Part shown: positions 30,026 through 39,601 of the stretch, in pieces
Position numbering within the stretch: the stretch's first letter is position 1
Layout: each line of letters starts with the position of its first letter
Source: Vulcanimicrobiota bacterium
GTDB lineage: Bacteria; Vulcanimicrobiota; Vulcanimicrobiia; Vulcanimicrobiales; Vulcanimicrobiaceae
DNA length: 64,000 nt
NCBI GenBank assembly: GCA_963777315.1
Contig: CAVZQC010000001.1
Coordinates: 399,172-463,171 of the forward strand
Reading direction: 5' to 3'
The notes under the pieces: model-generated
What the model was told of the DNA's origin: nothing
Databases searched by the model: none
What the model saw: only the letters and a program-made list of their open reading frames with translations
Made by a program: the position numbers and the translations under genes

Positions 30026-31798
30026 TTAGGGGTGCTGCGCCAAACCGCCTATCAAGCCGAAGCCGCTCACCGACGCCTCGTCGGTGACTTGCACCGCCAT
30101 GCCGGCGGCGGGGATTGACGGAATGCTTGCGTAGGCAAATCCTCCCAGCGGTGCGCGCACGGAAGTCGACGGGCCGTTCACCATCGTCGCCGACACGCCG
30201 CTCAGCGCCGTCGTGCTGCCGAATTGGTCGGAATACGAACGCGTGAGACCCAAACTGCCGAACTCGAACCTGCGATCCTGCGAACTTACGCCCATCGTAC
30301 CGGCCGCCATCGCGAGCGCAAAATCGTCCTGCAGATCGCCCGCGGACTCGCCGGTTATGGCCTGCAGATTCGCAGCGCCGACCCGCCCGCCGGTTTCCAT
30401 CGCATGCGTGAAGGCATCTCCGCCGAAACGGTCGCGCAGATAACGTTGAAACAGGTACGCTACGCCGTAGCACCCGCCGGCGCAGTTGAACTGCGCGCTC
30501 GCGCCGTTGCCTCCCCAAGCGGCCGGATCGATTCCGCTAAAACCGCTCAGCGAGTAGTCGCCGGGGTCGGCTAAATACGCGTTCGCGCGCTGCAGCGCAT
30601 CCGCCGAATCGAACTGCACGCCTTGGCCGCCGTACATGGCCGCAACGGCGAAGTCTTGCGCCAGCATCGACAGGCCTTCGTTGATGAACGTCGACTCCGT
30701 GCCGTTGAACGATGGCGAAGACGCTCCCGCGGCCAAAATAGAATGGTTGACGAAATTGATCAGGTGCTGCAGTTCGTGCGCGGTCGACCGCACCAAATCT
30801 TCGCGAAGGTCGTAATCGCTGCCCTCGCCCGCGAACCATCCGACGAAAATGAACGGCGCCTGGTTGGATTCGTACCCGCCGCTCAAGCAGTTCAATGCGG
30901 CCTGCGGCATGTAGTTGGCAGCCGAAAAGTATCCGCCCAAACCGCCCAAGCTTTGCGAGTTCACCACCATGACGTCGATGCGGCGATCTTGCGGTTCGGC
31001 GATATACGCCGGGGTCGTGCCCTGCGCCGCACCGCCGCTCGAACAGGCGGAATACTGCGGCTGCAGGCCGGGCGCTGAGGACGAATAGTCCGCAGATGCG
31101 AAATGCGCGGTGTCGGAAGCGTACGCGTTTTCGAAATCGGCCCCGATCTGCGCGACGTCGGGACTCAAGGCAGCCGCGATGGAGTCGTCGATCCAGATGT
31201 TGCCGTGTGCCGTTTGTCCCTCCAGCGTCGCCCAGACTTGCACGTTCGTGCGCGTTCCGCCCAGCGACCCTCGCTGCACCCAAATCGGCGCGTGCGCACC
31301 CAGTCGAAAGTCCGCGCTGCGCACGGCAAAGGACATGCGTGACGACGGCCCGGAACTGCCGCGGCTTGACGACGCGTGTTCGCGTGATATCAGCGCGGCG
31401 TCGTCGGCGGCGAATGCTTCAACCGGAGCGATGCGGCGCGGAGCTGTTGGACGCGCGAGCAGTGCGCTCGCCCGCGCGACGCTTTGCGAAACCGAAGGCG
31501 TGCCCACCACCAGCGTGTCGGGGGAGAACGAGTCGGCCGACTGGGCTTGGCTGGACATGACCGCTACGATCGCTCGCTGAGCGCCCGGCGCGATCGTGCC
31601 GCCGCTCGAGAGCGGACCGGTGCTCTGCAGGTACGTAACGGGCCCCGACTGCGACGTCGCGGGCGGCTGCGTGGCCGCGGGTATCGGAACGAGCGCCGCG
31701 CTCGGGGCGGCCGCTCCGCCTCCTCCGCCGCCGCATCCTGCGCATGCCGCTACAGCTAAAGCCAGCGCGACGTGCAACCGGCGGCTTCTAACCTTCAC
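30026..31798 (-). CDS. predicted lipoprotein with HExxH metallopeptidase motif (M30-like)
   Basis: Signal peptide with lipobox-like AGC-GGGGG; TAHELQHLIN...FINEGLS. Confidence 0.72.
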   Translation of the reverse strand: MKVRSRRLHVALALAVAACAGCGGGGGGAAAPSAALVPIPAATQPPATSQSGPVTYLQSTGPLSSGGTIAPGAQRAIVAVMSSQAQSADSFSPDTLVVGTPSVSQSVARASALLARPTAPRRIAPVEAFAADDAALISREHASSSRGSSGPSSRMSFAVRSADFRLGAHAPIWVQRGSLGGTRTNVQVWATLEGQTAHGNIWIDDSIAAALSPDVAQIGADFENAYASDTAHFASADYSSSAPGLQPQYSACSSGGAAQGTTPAYIAEPQDRRIDVMVVNSQSLGGLGGYFSAANYMPQAALNCLSGGYESNQAPFIFVGWFAGEGSDYDLREDLVRSTAHELQHLINFVNHSILAAGASSPSFNGTESTFINEGLSMLAQDFAVAAMYGGQGVQFDSADALQRANAYLADPGDYSLSGFSGIDPAAWGGNGASAQFNCAGGCYGVAYLFQRYLRDRFGGDAFTHAMETGGRVGAANLQAITGESAGDLQDDFALAMAAGTMGVSSQDRRFEFGSLGLTRSYSDQFGSTTALSGVSATMVNGPSTSVRAPLGGFAYASIPSIPAAGMAVQVTDEASVSGFGLIGGLAQHP

Positions 31799-31842
31799 GC
31801 TCTGGATATCGGCGCGTTAAGGCAATGAATACGCCCTTTTAA

Positions 31843-31883
31843 CAAAAAGAAAACGGCGTGCCGTTAGGCACGCCGCCGTTTTC
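31843..31883 (-). terminator. intrinsic terminator after speD
   Basis: Minus strand CGGCGTGCC-TAAC-GGCACGCCG followed by TTTTCTTTTT. Confidence 0.8.
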
Positions 31884-31912
31884 GCGGGAGGTCTGTCAGG
31901 TCGGCAAAGTGC

Positions 31913-32401
31913 TTAGGCGGTCATCGGGCGGTCTTCCGCTTCGGTCGCCGTTACGACGTGCGTGAACGAGCCGTTTTGCGACTCGATGCCGCGCTTGAAT
32001 TCGGTCGTGAGCATGCGTTTGGCGCTCAGCGCGCGCGCCGCATGTTCGCAGGCAAGCCAAGGGTTCGTATGGTCGCCGCACGTGTAAAAGTCCATGGCGG
32101 CGTAGCCCTTCTCGGGCCAAGTATGAATGGAAAGATGCGACTCGGCCAATATGACGGTCCCCGAGACGCCTTGGGGTTCGAACCGGTGGAAGGCGCTCTC
32201 CATAATGGTCGCTCCCGCCGCTTGGGCCGCTGCGATCATCATGGCATGGACGGCATTCACGTCCGCTAGCGCTGCCCCATCACACCCCGATAGTTCGCAC
32301 ACGATGTGCGTACCGAGTGCCTTCAATTTTTTTCTTTGCTCCTCGACCTTGGGGGAAATCCCACCTCCGGACTCGTCGGCTGGCGCCTGCTGTGCAGTCA
32401 C
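31913..32401 (-). CDS. speD: S-adenosylmethionine decarboxylase proenzyme (start may be the internal TTG near 32326)
   Basis: ALGTHIV, FHRFEPQGVSG, LAESHLSIHTWPE (E-S cleavage site), DFYTCG. Confidence 0.95.
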   Translation of the reverse strand: MTAQQAPADESGGGISPKVEEQRKKLKALGTHIVCELSGCDGAALADVNAVHAMMIAAAQAAGATIMESAFHRFEPQGVSGTVILAESHLSIHTWPEKGYAAMDFYTCGDHTNPWLACEHAARALSAKRMLTTEFKRGIESQNGSFTHVVTATEAEDRPMTA

Positions 32402-32410
32402 GTCCCCGAC

Positions 32411-32473
32411 CTATCGGCGAACTCTTGCCGGCGCTTTTTCGGTGCGCGGGCGTCTCGCCGCAATGGCGCGCAA
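32411..32473 (-). CDS. candidate Arg-rich leader peptide (uORF) of speD, MRAIAARRPRTEKAPARVRR
   Basis: SD AAAGGGAGG 8 nt before a TTG; 7 of 20 codons are Arg; ends CGC CGA TAG. Confidence 0.5.
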   Translation of the reverse strand: MRAIAARRPRTEKAPARVRR

Positions 32474-32627
32474 GAGGCGCGCCTCCCTTTACTCGAACTA
32501 TCGGACCCGGCGCCTATGATATCCCCTCAGACCCCCCCTGTAAAGCGGTCGCCGTACAAAGGCCCTGGAGCGGCGCCGCAAGGGCCGACGCCGTGAAACC
32601 GCCGTTTGAATCGCGCGGTTGCAGGAG

Positions 32628-32652
32628 ATAGTGAAGCTCAGGCCTTCACTAT
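32628..32652. promoter_or_regulatory. perfect 9-bp inverted repeat upstream of sufB (candidate operator)
   Basis: ATAGTGAAG-N7-CTTCACTAT. Confidence 0.45.
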
Positions 32653-32737
32653 ATTGACTATCGGGCACCCCGGGGGTAGCCTTGAAGTCGCTCCGGCCCC
32701 GTTTCAGGGGTCCGCAAGAGGAAGTACAGCTGCACGC

Positions 32738-34154
32738 ATGGCCACTGAACTCAAGCCGAAAACCGTTCCGATCGACGATTACCGCCACGGCTTTCACGAT
32801 CCCGAGCACTACATCTTCAAGTCCGAAAAGGGCCTGACCCGGGATATCGTCGAGCGCATCAGCGAGATGAAGAACGAGCCGCAGTGGATGCGCGACTTCC
32901 GGCTCAAGGCGCTCGAAATCTTTTTGAGCAAGCCGATGCCGACGTGGGGCGACACGGCGCTGCTTTCCGAGATCGACTTTTCGAACATCCACTATTTCGT
33001 GAAGTCGACCGATCGTGCGGAGCGCTCGTGGGACGACGTCCCCGACGACATCAAGCGCACCTTCGACCGTCTGGGCATTCCCGAAGCCGAGCGTAAATTT
33101 CTGGCAGGCGTGTCGGCGCAGTACGAATCCGAAGTCGTCTATCACAACGTCAACGAGGAACTCGAAAAGCTCGGCGTGCTCTTCTGCGACATGGACACTG
33201 CCGTCAAGCAGTATCCCGAGGTCGTTCAAAAATATCTGGCCACCGTCATTCCGCAGGCCGACAACAAGTTTGCCGCGCTCAATTCGGCGGTGTGGTCGGG
33301 CGGTTCGTTCATCTACGTTCCGCCGGGCGTCGAAGTCAAGATGCCGCTTCAAGCGTATTTTCGAATCAATGCCGAAAACATGGGCCAGTTCGAGCGCACG
33401 CTGATCATCGCCGACAAGGGCGCCAAGGTGCACTACATCGAGGGCTGCACGGCGCCGAAGTTTTCCACCAGCTCGCTGCACAGCGCCGTCGTCGAACTGA
33501 TCGCGCTGGAAGACGCATCGATCCGCTATACGACCATCCAGAATTGGTACCGCAACATTTTCAACCTCGTTACCAAACGCGCCATGGCGTACAAGAACGC
33601 CACGGTGGAATGGGTCGACGGCAACATCGGCTCGCGCCTGACGATGAAGTATCCGGCCATCTATTCTGATGGGCGAGGGCGCTCGGGGTGAAATCCTCTC
33701 GATGGCGTTTGCCGGCGAAGGGCAGCATCAGGATGCCGGCGCGAAGGTCATTCACGGCGCGCCCAACACCACGTCGGTCGTAACCAACAAGTCGGTGAGC
33801 GCGCACGGCGGCAAGACCACGTATCGCGGCTTGGTCGAGATTTATCCGGGTGCGACCGGCGCCAAGACGCGCGTGAAGTGCGACGCGCTGATCATGGACG
33901 AGGAATCCTCCAGCGACACCAAGCCGACGATGAAGATCCACGAACAGCGTTCGACCGTCGAGCATGAAGCCAGCGTGAGCAAGATCGGCGAGGAGCAACT
34001 CTTCTACGCCATGAGCCGCGGCTTGAACGAAGCCGACGCAACGGCGATGATCGTCAACGGCTTTTTCGACTTCTTCGTCAAAGAGCTTCCGATGGAGTAC
34101 GCGGTCGAGCTCAACCGTTTGGTGAAGATGGAGATGGAAGGCGCAGTCGGCTAG
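32738..34154 (+). CDS. sufB: Fe-S cluster assembly protein SufB (frameshift near 33665)
   Basis: [33 protein letters not shown], then [23 protein letters not shown] in the next frame. Confidence 0.95.
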
Positions 34155-34210
34155 CGACTGACGGCGATAGCTCGTAGGGTGAATCGCCCGCCGTTTTGAA
34201 CAACCGCCTC

Positions 34211-34516
34211 GTGGCGAGCAAACCGGTAGCCAAAACTGGCGATATCTCCGAAGGCGCGACGCAGCGGGTGCTCGTCGAAGGCGCCGAAGTGCTGCTCTGC
34301 AAGTGCAACGGCGAGATTTACGCGATCGAAGACGTCTGCACGCACGACGGAGCGCCCCTGGACCAGGGCGAGCTGCAAGGCTGCGAGATAACGTGTCCTC
34401 GCCACGGCGCCGTTTTCGACGTGCGCACCGGTGCGGTGCTGGCGTTGCCGGCCGTCATTGCGCTTCCGACGTACACGGTACGCATCGAGGGCGATGACGT
34501 CTTCGTCGACCTCTAA
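34211..34516 (+). CDS. Rieske-type ferredoxin
   Basis: CTHD...CPRHG ligands. Confidence 0.92.
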   Translation: MASKPVAKTGDISEGATQRVLVEGAEVLLCKCNGEIYAIEDVCTHDGAPLDQGELQGCEITCPRHGAVFDVRTGAVLALPAVIALPTYTVRIEGDDVFVDL

Positions 34517-36812
34517 ACCAAAGGTTCGGCGCTTTCCCGGTGTCGTCAGCCGAGCGCTGGCCATACTCATTTTGCTTCTTCTGCTGATCGTGCTGGCCTG
34601 GGCGGTATACGCTCTGGCAGGCATGCGCGCCGTGTCGCAAACCGCGGGGACGCTGCGCCTTGCGGGATTGATCGCGCCGGTTCGGATCGTTCGCGACGGC
34701 CGGGACATCCCGCACATCATCGCTGCGAACGACCACGATCTGATGTTCGCACAAGGCTACGCCGAAGCTTCTGACCGGCTCTTTCAAATGGATCTGCTGC
34801 GGCGTTTCGTGTACGGCCGTCTTTCCGAAGTGCTCGGCTCCGCCGTGCTGCCCGCCGATGAAAATGCTCGCGTCGCCCCGATCGACGAGATCATCGACGC
34901 GCAGTGGGCGCGCATGAACGCGGGCGAGCGCGGCATGGTGCAGGCGTTCAGCGACGGCGTAAACGCCGCGATGGCGCGCGAACCGCTTCCGGTCGAGTTT
35001 CACCTTCTGCTGTACAAACCTGGGCCGTGGCATCCCAAAGACTCGCTTGCGGTCGGCATGGCGACGGTGCTCGATTTGATCGACCGGTGGGACGACGTGA
35101 TTCGGCGCGACGCGGTCGCAAACGCGCCGAATGCCGCGCCTGCGGACGATCTCTATGCGATAACCGATCCCGCATACGATGCGCCGATCGATCCGCCGCG
35201 CGCCGTCCAACCCGTTGCGCCCCTGCCGGCGCGGCGGCACGTGCGACGCAGGGCGCGCGCCCCCAGCCTGCGACTCGACGCTCGACCCCCCGTCGGCAGC
35301 AACGAATGGGCCGTGGGCGCGCAGCGCTCCCTCACTGGGCGAGCGCTTTTAGCCAACGATCCGCACTTGCGTTTGGGCATTCCCGGCATTTGGTACGTCG
35401 TGGACCTGCATGCCGGCAACCTGCACGTTGCCGGCGCTTCGCTTGCCGGAACGCCCGGCGTCATTCTCGGGCACAACGGCAACCTCGCTTGGGGCGCAAC
35501 GAACGCTACGGTAACGACCGAAGTCGTGTATCGCGATTCGCTCGCGCACGCCGCTCGCAGAGTCGAAACGTTTCACGTGCGCTTCGGGCACGAAGTGCGG
35601 TTCGCGTACTATCGCACCAAACATGGTTTCGTTGCCGAGACGGCGCGCGGAGTCGCATACGCGGTCGACTGGAATGCCGTGCGTTTTCCCAGCACGCCGC
35701 TGACGGCTTTTCGGCGCTTGGACTATGCGCGCACCATCGCGCAGGCGCTGCGGGCCCTGCGCAGCTATCCCGGACCGCCGCAAAACTTCGTCCTGGCGGA
35801 TCGCAGCGGGCGAGTCTCGTATCAGTTGGCCGGGCTCATTCCGCGCGATCCGCTCTGGGGTCTGCGCGTGCACTCCGGCGCGGATCCGCCGTATCCGTTC
35901 GTGGCGTTCGCGCAATTGCCGCACGTTTCCGCATCGCGAACGGCAAGCGTGTTTACGGCCAACAATCGCACGTACGGCGACGGCTATCCGCTGCGGTTGA
36001 GCCCGAATTTCGCCGCGCCGTATCGCGCCAAGCGCATCGAGCAACTGCTCTCCACCAAGGCACGCTTCGATGTCGCCGATTTTGCCGCTTTTCAGAACGA
36101 CACGCTTTCGTTTCCCGAGCGCGACATCGCTCATGCCGCGCTTGCAGCGGTCAAACGCAAAGGTCTCGAACGCGATCCCACGTTGCGTGCGTATCTCGCG
36201 CAGCTCGCCGCATGGAACGGTCGCTTCGATCCGGATTCGCGCGGCGCGCCCCTCGCGTGGGAGTTGCGCAGCGTCGCCGTTTCACAGCTGGATGCGTACA
36301 ACGCGGGCGATGCTGCCGGCGCGTATGGCGCCAGTGCGGACGGCGCGGATCTCGTGCTGTTGATGCGCGTGCTGCGCGATCGCCCGCGAGGTTGGTGGCC
36401 GAACAGTAACTATGGCGGCCTGTTAATCCAGGCGCTGCGCACGGCGGTCCACACCTACGGTACGCGCATGCTCGAGCCGTGGGGCCGCTATGATGCGGTG
36501 ACGGTCAAGCACCCCCTCGCGACGCTGGGATTCTCGTTTTTGAACGGCGCAACGTTCGCCGGCGACGGCGACAGCTTCGGCTTGCACGTTCAGACTGCGA
36601 CGCACTCGCAAAGCTTTCGCGCCGTGTGGGACGTGGGCAACTGGGACGCGGGCGGTTTGGTGATTCCCAGCGGTGAATCGGGCGAGCCGGCATCGGGCCA
36701 CTACACCGACCTGAGCCCGGCGTGGATTGCGGGGCGACTAGTAGCGCTGCCGTTTACCGATTCGGCGGTACGCGCATCCGCGCGCGCGACGCTAACGCTA
36801 GTGCCGCGCTAG
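34494..36812 (+). CDS. penicillin acylase family (Ntn hydrolase) protein
   Basis: N-terminal TM; FAQGYA, DRLFQMDL, GSNEWAV, LLANDPHL, PSGESG; start uncertain. Confidence 0.9.
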   Translation: MTSSSTSKPKVRRFPGVVSRALAILILLLLLIVLAWAVYALAGMRAVSQTAGTLRLAGLIAPVRIVRDGRDIPHIIAANDHDLMFAQGYAEASDRLFQMDLLRRFVYGRLSEVLGSAVLPADENARVAPIDEIIDAQWARMNAGERGMVQAFSDGVNAAMAREPLPVEFHLLLYKPGPWHPKDSLAVGMATVLDLIDRWDDVIRRDAVANAPNAAPADDLYAITDPAYDAPIDPPRAVQPVAPLPARRHVRRRARAPSLRLDARPPVGSNEWAVGAQRSLTGRALLANDPHLRLGIPGIWYVVDLHAGNLHVAGASLAGTPGVILGHNGNLAWGATNATVTTEVVYRDSLAHAARRVETFHVRFGHEVRFAYYRTKHGFVAETARGVAYAVDWNAVRFPSTPLTAFRRLDYARTIAQALRALRSYPGPPQNFVLADRSGRVSYQLAGLIPRDPLWGLRVHSGADPPYPFVAFAQLPHVSASRTASVFTANNRTYGDGYPLRLSPNFAAPYRAKRIEQLLSTKARFDVADFAAFQNDTLSFPERDIAHAALAAVKRKGLERDPTLRAYLAQLAAWNGRFDPDSRGAPLAWELRSVAVSQLDAYNAGDAAGAYGASADGADLVLLMRVLRDRPRGWWPNSNYGGLLIQALRTAVHTYGTRMLEPWGRYDAVTVKHPLATLGFSFLNGATFAGDGDSFGLHVQTATHSQSFRAVWDVGNWDAGGLVIPSGESGEPASGHYTDLSPAWIAGRLVALPFTDSAVRASARATLTLVPR

Positions 36813-37909
36813 ACGGACTGCGCAAACAGCGGTACGGCGCGGCGTGACGCAGCCACGCCGCCTCCGCCCTTTTTCACGCCGTACATGGCCTTGTCGGCGC
36901 CCGAAAGCAGATCTTCGATCTTGCGCCCGTCGTGCGGATACGCGCTCCATCCGATGCTCGCGCCCACGACGAACGTATCGCCCTTGGCCGCGTACGGACG
37001 GGTAACGGCGTAGTGAAGCCGTTCGGCGATCGAAGCGATCGACGAGCGAGTCACGGGCGGCGTGATGATGCACAAGAACTCGTCACCGCCCATCCGGTAC
37101 ACCATGTCCTCGTCCCGAAGTTCGGAGCGCAGGCGCGCGGCCGCACCGCGCAGGATCGCATCGCCGGCTGCGTGCCCGTGACGATCGTTCACCCGCTTAA
37201 ATCCATCCAAATCCAGATACAGCACGCCGAAGGAACGTTGATCGCGCGAGGTGAGCAGCCGTGAAAGCGCGCCCAGCGCGGCGCGACGGTTTCCCGCACC
37301 GGTCAGCGCGTCGCGCAAAGCCGAGCGTTTGTAAAACGCGGCCGTGCGCGCCAAAAGCCATCCTGCGCACACCAAAACGAGCAGCGCCGCGGCCGCACCC
37401 AGAGAAGCCGTCACGCCGATTCGCGTGAGCATCAGCGTGCGAGCGCGCTGCTGCGCCAGCCGTTTGCGGTACGAAAGTTCGATCTTTCGATCGTGCGCGC
37501 GAAGCCGGTCGAAAAGAAACTTCTCGTGCGCAAGTTCGGCGATTGCTTCGCTCTGCCGCCCCTCGCGCACCAGCGCGATCAGGCGAGTGAAATCGGTTTG
37601 GACTGCGGCTACGCTTTTGCGATTCTGCGGATCGGCCGGCTCGGAGCGCAGTGCATGCAGCGCCGACCGGTAAACGTCCAGGAATTTCGGATCGCCGCCG
37701 GCGACGAACCCTCGCACGGCGGTTTCTTCATCGACCAGAAGCAGCAATCTGCCCTGTTGGCGGTATCCGGCCGCGGCGATGGCCTGCTGACGCCCCACGC
37801 TTTGCTGCAGCAGAACGAAACCGGCGACGGAGCTCGTAAGCAGCGCCAGCACGACCGCGCAGCAGATCGCCGCACCCAGAATCGCGCGGCGCCCTTCAAA
37901 GGCCCTCAC
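36809..37909 (-). CDS. membrane diguanylate cyclase with CHASE3-like sensor
   Basis: TM-DEETAVRGF-TM; DLDGFKRVNDRHGH; RMGGDEF. Confidence 0.9.
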   Translation of the reverse strand: MRAFEGRRAILGAAICCAVVLALLTSSVAGFVLLQQSVGRQQAIAAAGYRQQGRLLLLVDEETAVRGFVAGGDPKFLDVYRSALHALRSEPADPQNRKSVAAVQTDFTRLIALVREGRQSEAIAELAHEKFLFDRLRAHDRKIELSYRKRLAQQRARTLMLTRIGVTASLGAAAALLVLVCAGWLLARTAAFYKRSALRDALTGAGNRRAALGALSRLLTSRDQRSFGVLYLDLDGFKRVNDRHGHAAGDAILRGAAARLRSELRDEDMVYRMGGDEFLCIITPPVTRSSIASIAERLHYAVTRPYAAKGDTFVVGASIGWSAYPHDGRKIEDLLSGADKAMYGVKKGGGGVAASRRAVPLFAQSV

Positions 37910-37940
37910 GCTTTAGTTCTCGGCCGCACGGCGTGCGAGC

Positions 37941-38888
37941 TTAACGCGCTTCGGACAGAAACGAGTAGATCCGCGGCCATGCTTGTTCCGATGCGAGCGC
38001 GTTGGCCTGCGCCGTCCCACCCAACATGAGCGTGACGGGACCCATGGGCGCTTGCGTCATCGGTCTGGCCGACGAGGAAAACAGAAAAAGGTGGCCCGCG
38101 GCGGGATACTGCAGGAAGACGTCGGCGTACGGGTGGTGATGGTCGCGCAGATACTGCATGCCCATTTGCGACTGCGTGACCGAATCCCAAATCTGGTCGT
38201 CACCGCCGGCGAGCATCATCACCGGGCCATGGATGTTTTCCAAATGGAACATCGCCGCCGGAATTTGCGATGCGTTCCGTTGCATCGAATCAACGTATCC
38301 GGGCCGCAAATCCAGCGTCTTGCCGCCGGTAAACGCGGCAGCGAACAGCTCGCCGATTTTCGGGGAGTAGGCGACGTACGGCAGCGGCTTGCCGGCCAGC
38401 GTCCAGGACGATTGCGGCGTTTCCGGCCCCTGTGGAATGCCTTGCCAAGCGAAAGGGCTGGGAACATCGGCGACGACGGCGTGAATTTGCGGATACGTCG
38501 AGGCCGCGGCAAGCGCGAATTCACCGCCTTTGGAGGCGCCCAGGATCGCGATGCGATTTGGATCGACGTCCCCGCGTTGGGCGAGCGCGGCCAGCGCTTT
38601 GCCGACCGTTTCGATCGGAATGTTTTCCAGACTTTGCGGCAGCCCGGGCAGACCGAAATACGCAACCGATGCAGCCACGTAACCGTGCTGCGCGATTTGG
38701 GGCGCGACATACGCCATCATGTCGCCGCCTTCGGAGCCGCCCAGCAGCAGAATCGCCGGATGCTTGCCCGAACCACTCGGCGTGCAGATCGTTCCGGTGA
38801 ACGCGGTTGCCTTCGAGCAATTCGCGGGGAGTGCCGGCGCAGCGGGCGCGGTGCTTGCCGCCAGGATGAGCGCGAGCGTCGTGAGCAT
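37941..38888 (-). CDS. secreted acyl-CoA thioester hydrolase/BAAT-family alpha/beta hydrolase
   Basis: Signal peptide; GGSEGG, GASKGGE, DDQIW, YPAAGH. Confidence 0.85.
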   Translation of the reverse strand: MLTTLALILAASTAPAAPALPANCSKATAFTGTICTPSGSGKHPAILLLGGSEGGDMMAYVAPQIAQHGYVAASVAYFGLPGLPQSLENIPIETVGKALAALAQRGDVDPNRIAILGASKGGEFALAAASTYPQIHAVVADVPSPFAWQGIPQGPETPQSSWTLAGKPLPYVAYSPKIGELFAAAFTGGKTLDLRPGYVDSMQRNASQIPAAMFHLENIHGPVMMLAGGDDQIWDSVTQSQMGMQYLRDHHHPYADVFLQYPAAGHLFLFSSSARPMTQAPMGPVTLMLGGTAQANALASEQAWPRIYSFLSEAR

Positions 38889-38902
38889 GGTAACTTCCTT
38901 TC

Positions 38903-39601
38903 TTACGGGGATTGCTGCGCGCGCTCGATGGCGCGCTGTGCGAAAACGCCGCTAACGTATAAGGCGATGAACGCGTACAACCCGTACGCCGGCGCGAGAA
39001 CCCAAGCGAATAGTCCGGCGGCCAGCGAGGCTGTAAAAACTTCCGAAAGCACTCCTTGAACGATCGACGCGCGCGCAGTGCCCTGCGGCGGCGCCGGAAC
39101 GATGCGCGGGAAAAAGCGCGGCACCTGCGCGCAGTAGCGAGCAAACGCGGCGCCGTACTGCGCCTTCATCGCTGCTTCTTCGTGCCGAATGAGCGCAGCG
39201 ATAAAGAATGCGTTTGCAACGGCGATCAAACCCGCGCCCCACGGTGGTGCGAGCAGACCGAAACCCAGCGCCAGCAGCGCGTTGCCGACATACAGCGGAT
39301 TGCGCGTGTAACGGAATGGGCCGCACACCAGCAGCGAATCGGTGCGCGCATCTCGGTTCCAGACGGTGTCGGCGCTCAAATAGCTCGATCCCCACGCGCG
39401 CACCGCTAAACACGCGAGCGTCGCCGCGATCGCAAGCGCGAGCAGCGCCGGAACGCCCGAGTGGCCCAAGCGCGAACCGAGCACGGCGAACGTAGGAACG
39501 TAACGGTGACCCGCAGCCGTCGCCCAGCCGCCGAAAAAGCCGACGGCGTAGATCAGCGCAAACACGGCGGATCGCCACCGGTACCACCACGGCGAACTCA
39601 C
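38903..39601 (-). CDS. isoprenylcysteine carboxylmethyltransferase/PEMT family protein
   Basis: GPFRYTRNPLYVG, EEAAM, YCAQVPRFFP. Confidence 0.85.
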   Translation of the reverse strand: MSSPWWYRWRSAVFALIYAVGFFGGWATAAGHRYVPTFAVLGSRLGHSGVPALLALAIAATLACLAVRAWGSSYLSADTVWNRDARTDSLLVCGPFRYTRNPLYVGNALLALGFGLLAPPWGAGLIAVANAFFIAALIRHEEAAMKAQYGAAFARYCAQVPRFFPRIVPAPPQGTARASIVQGVLSEVFTASLAAGLFAWVLAPAYGLYAFIALYVSGVFAQRAIERAQQSP

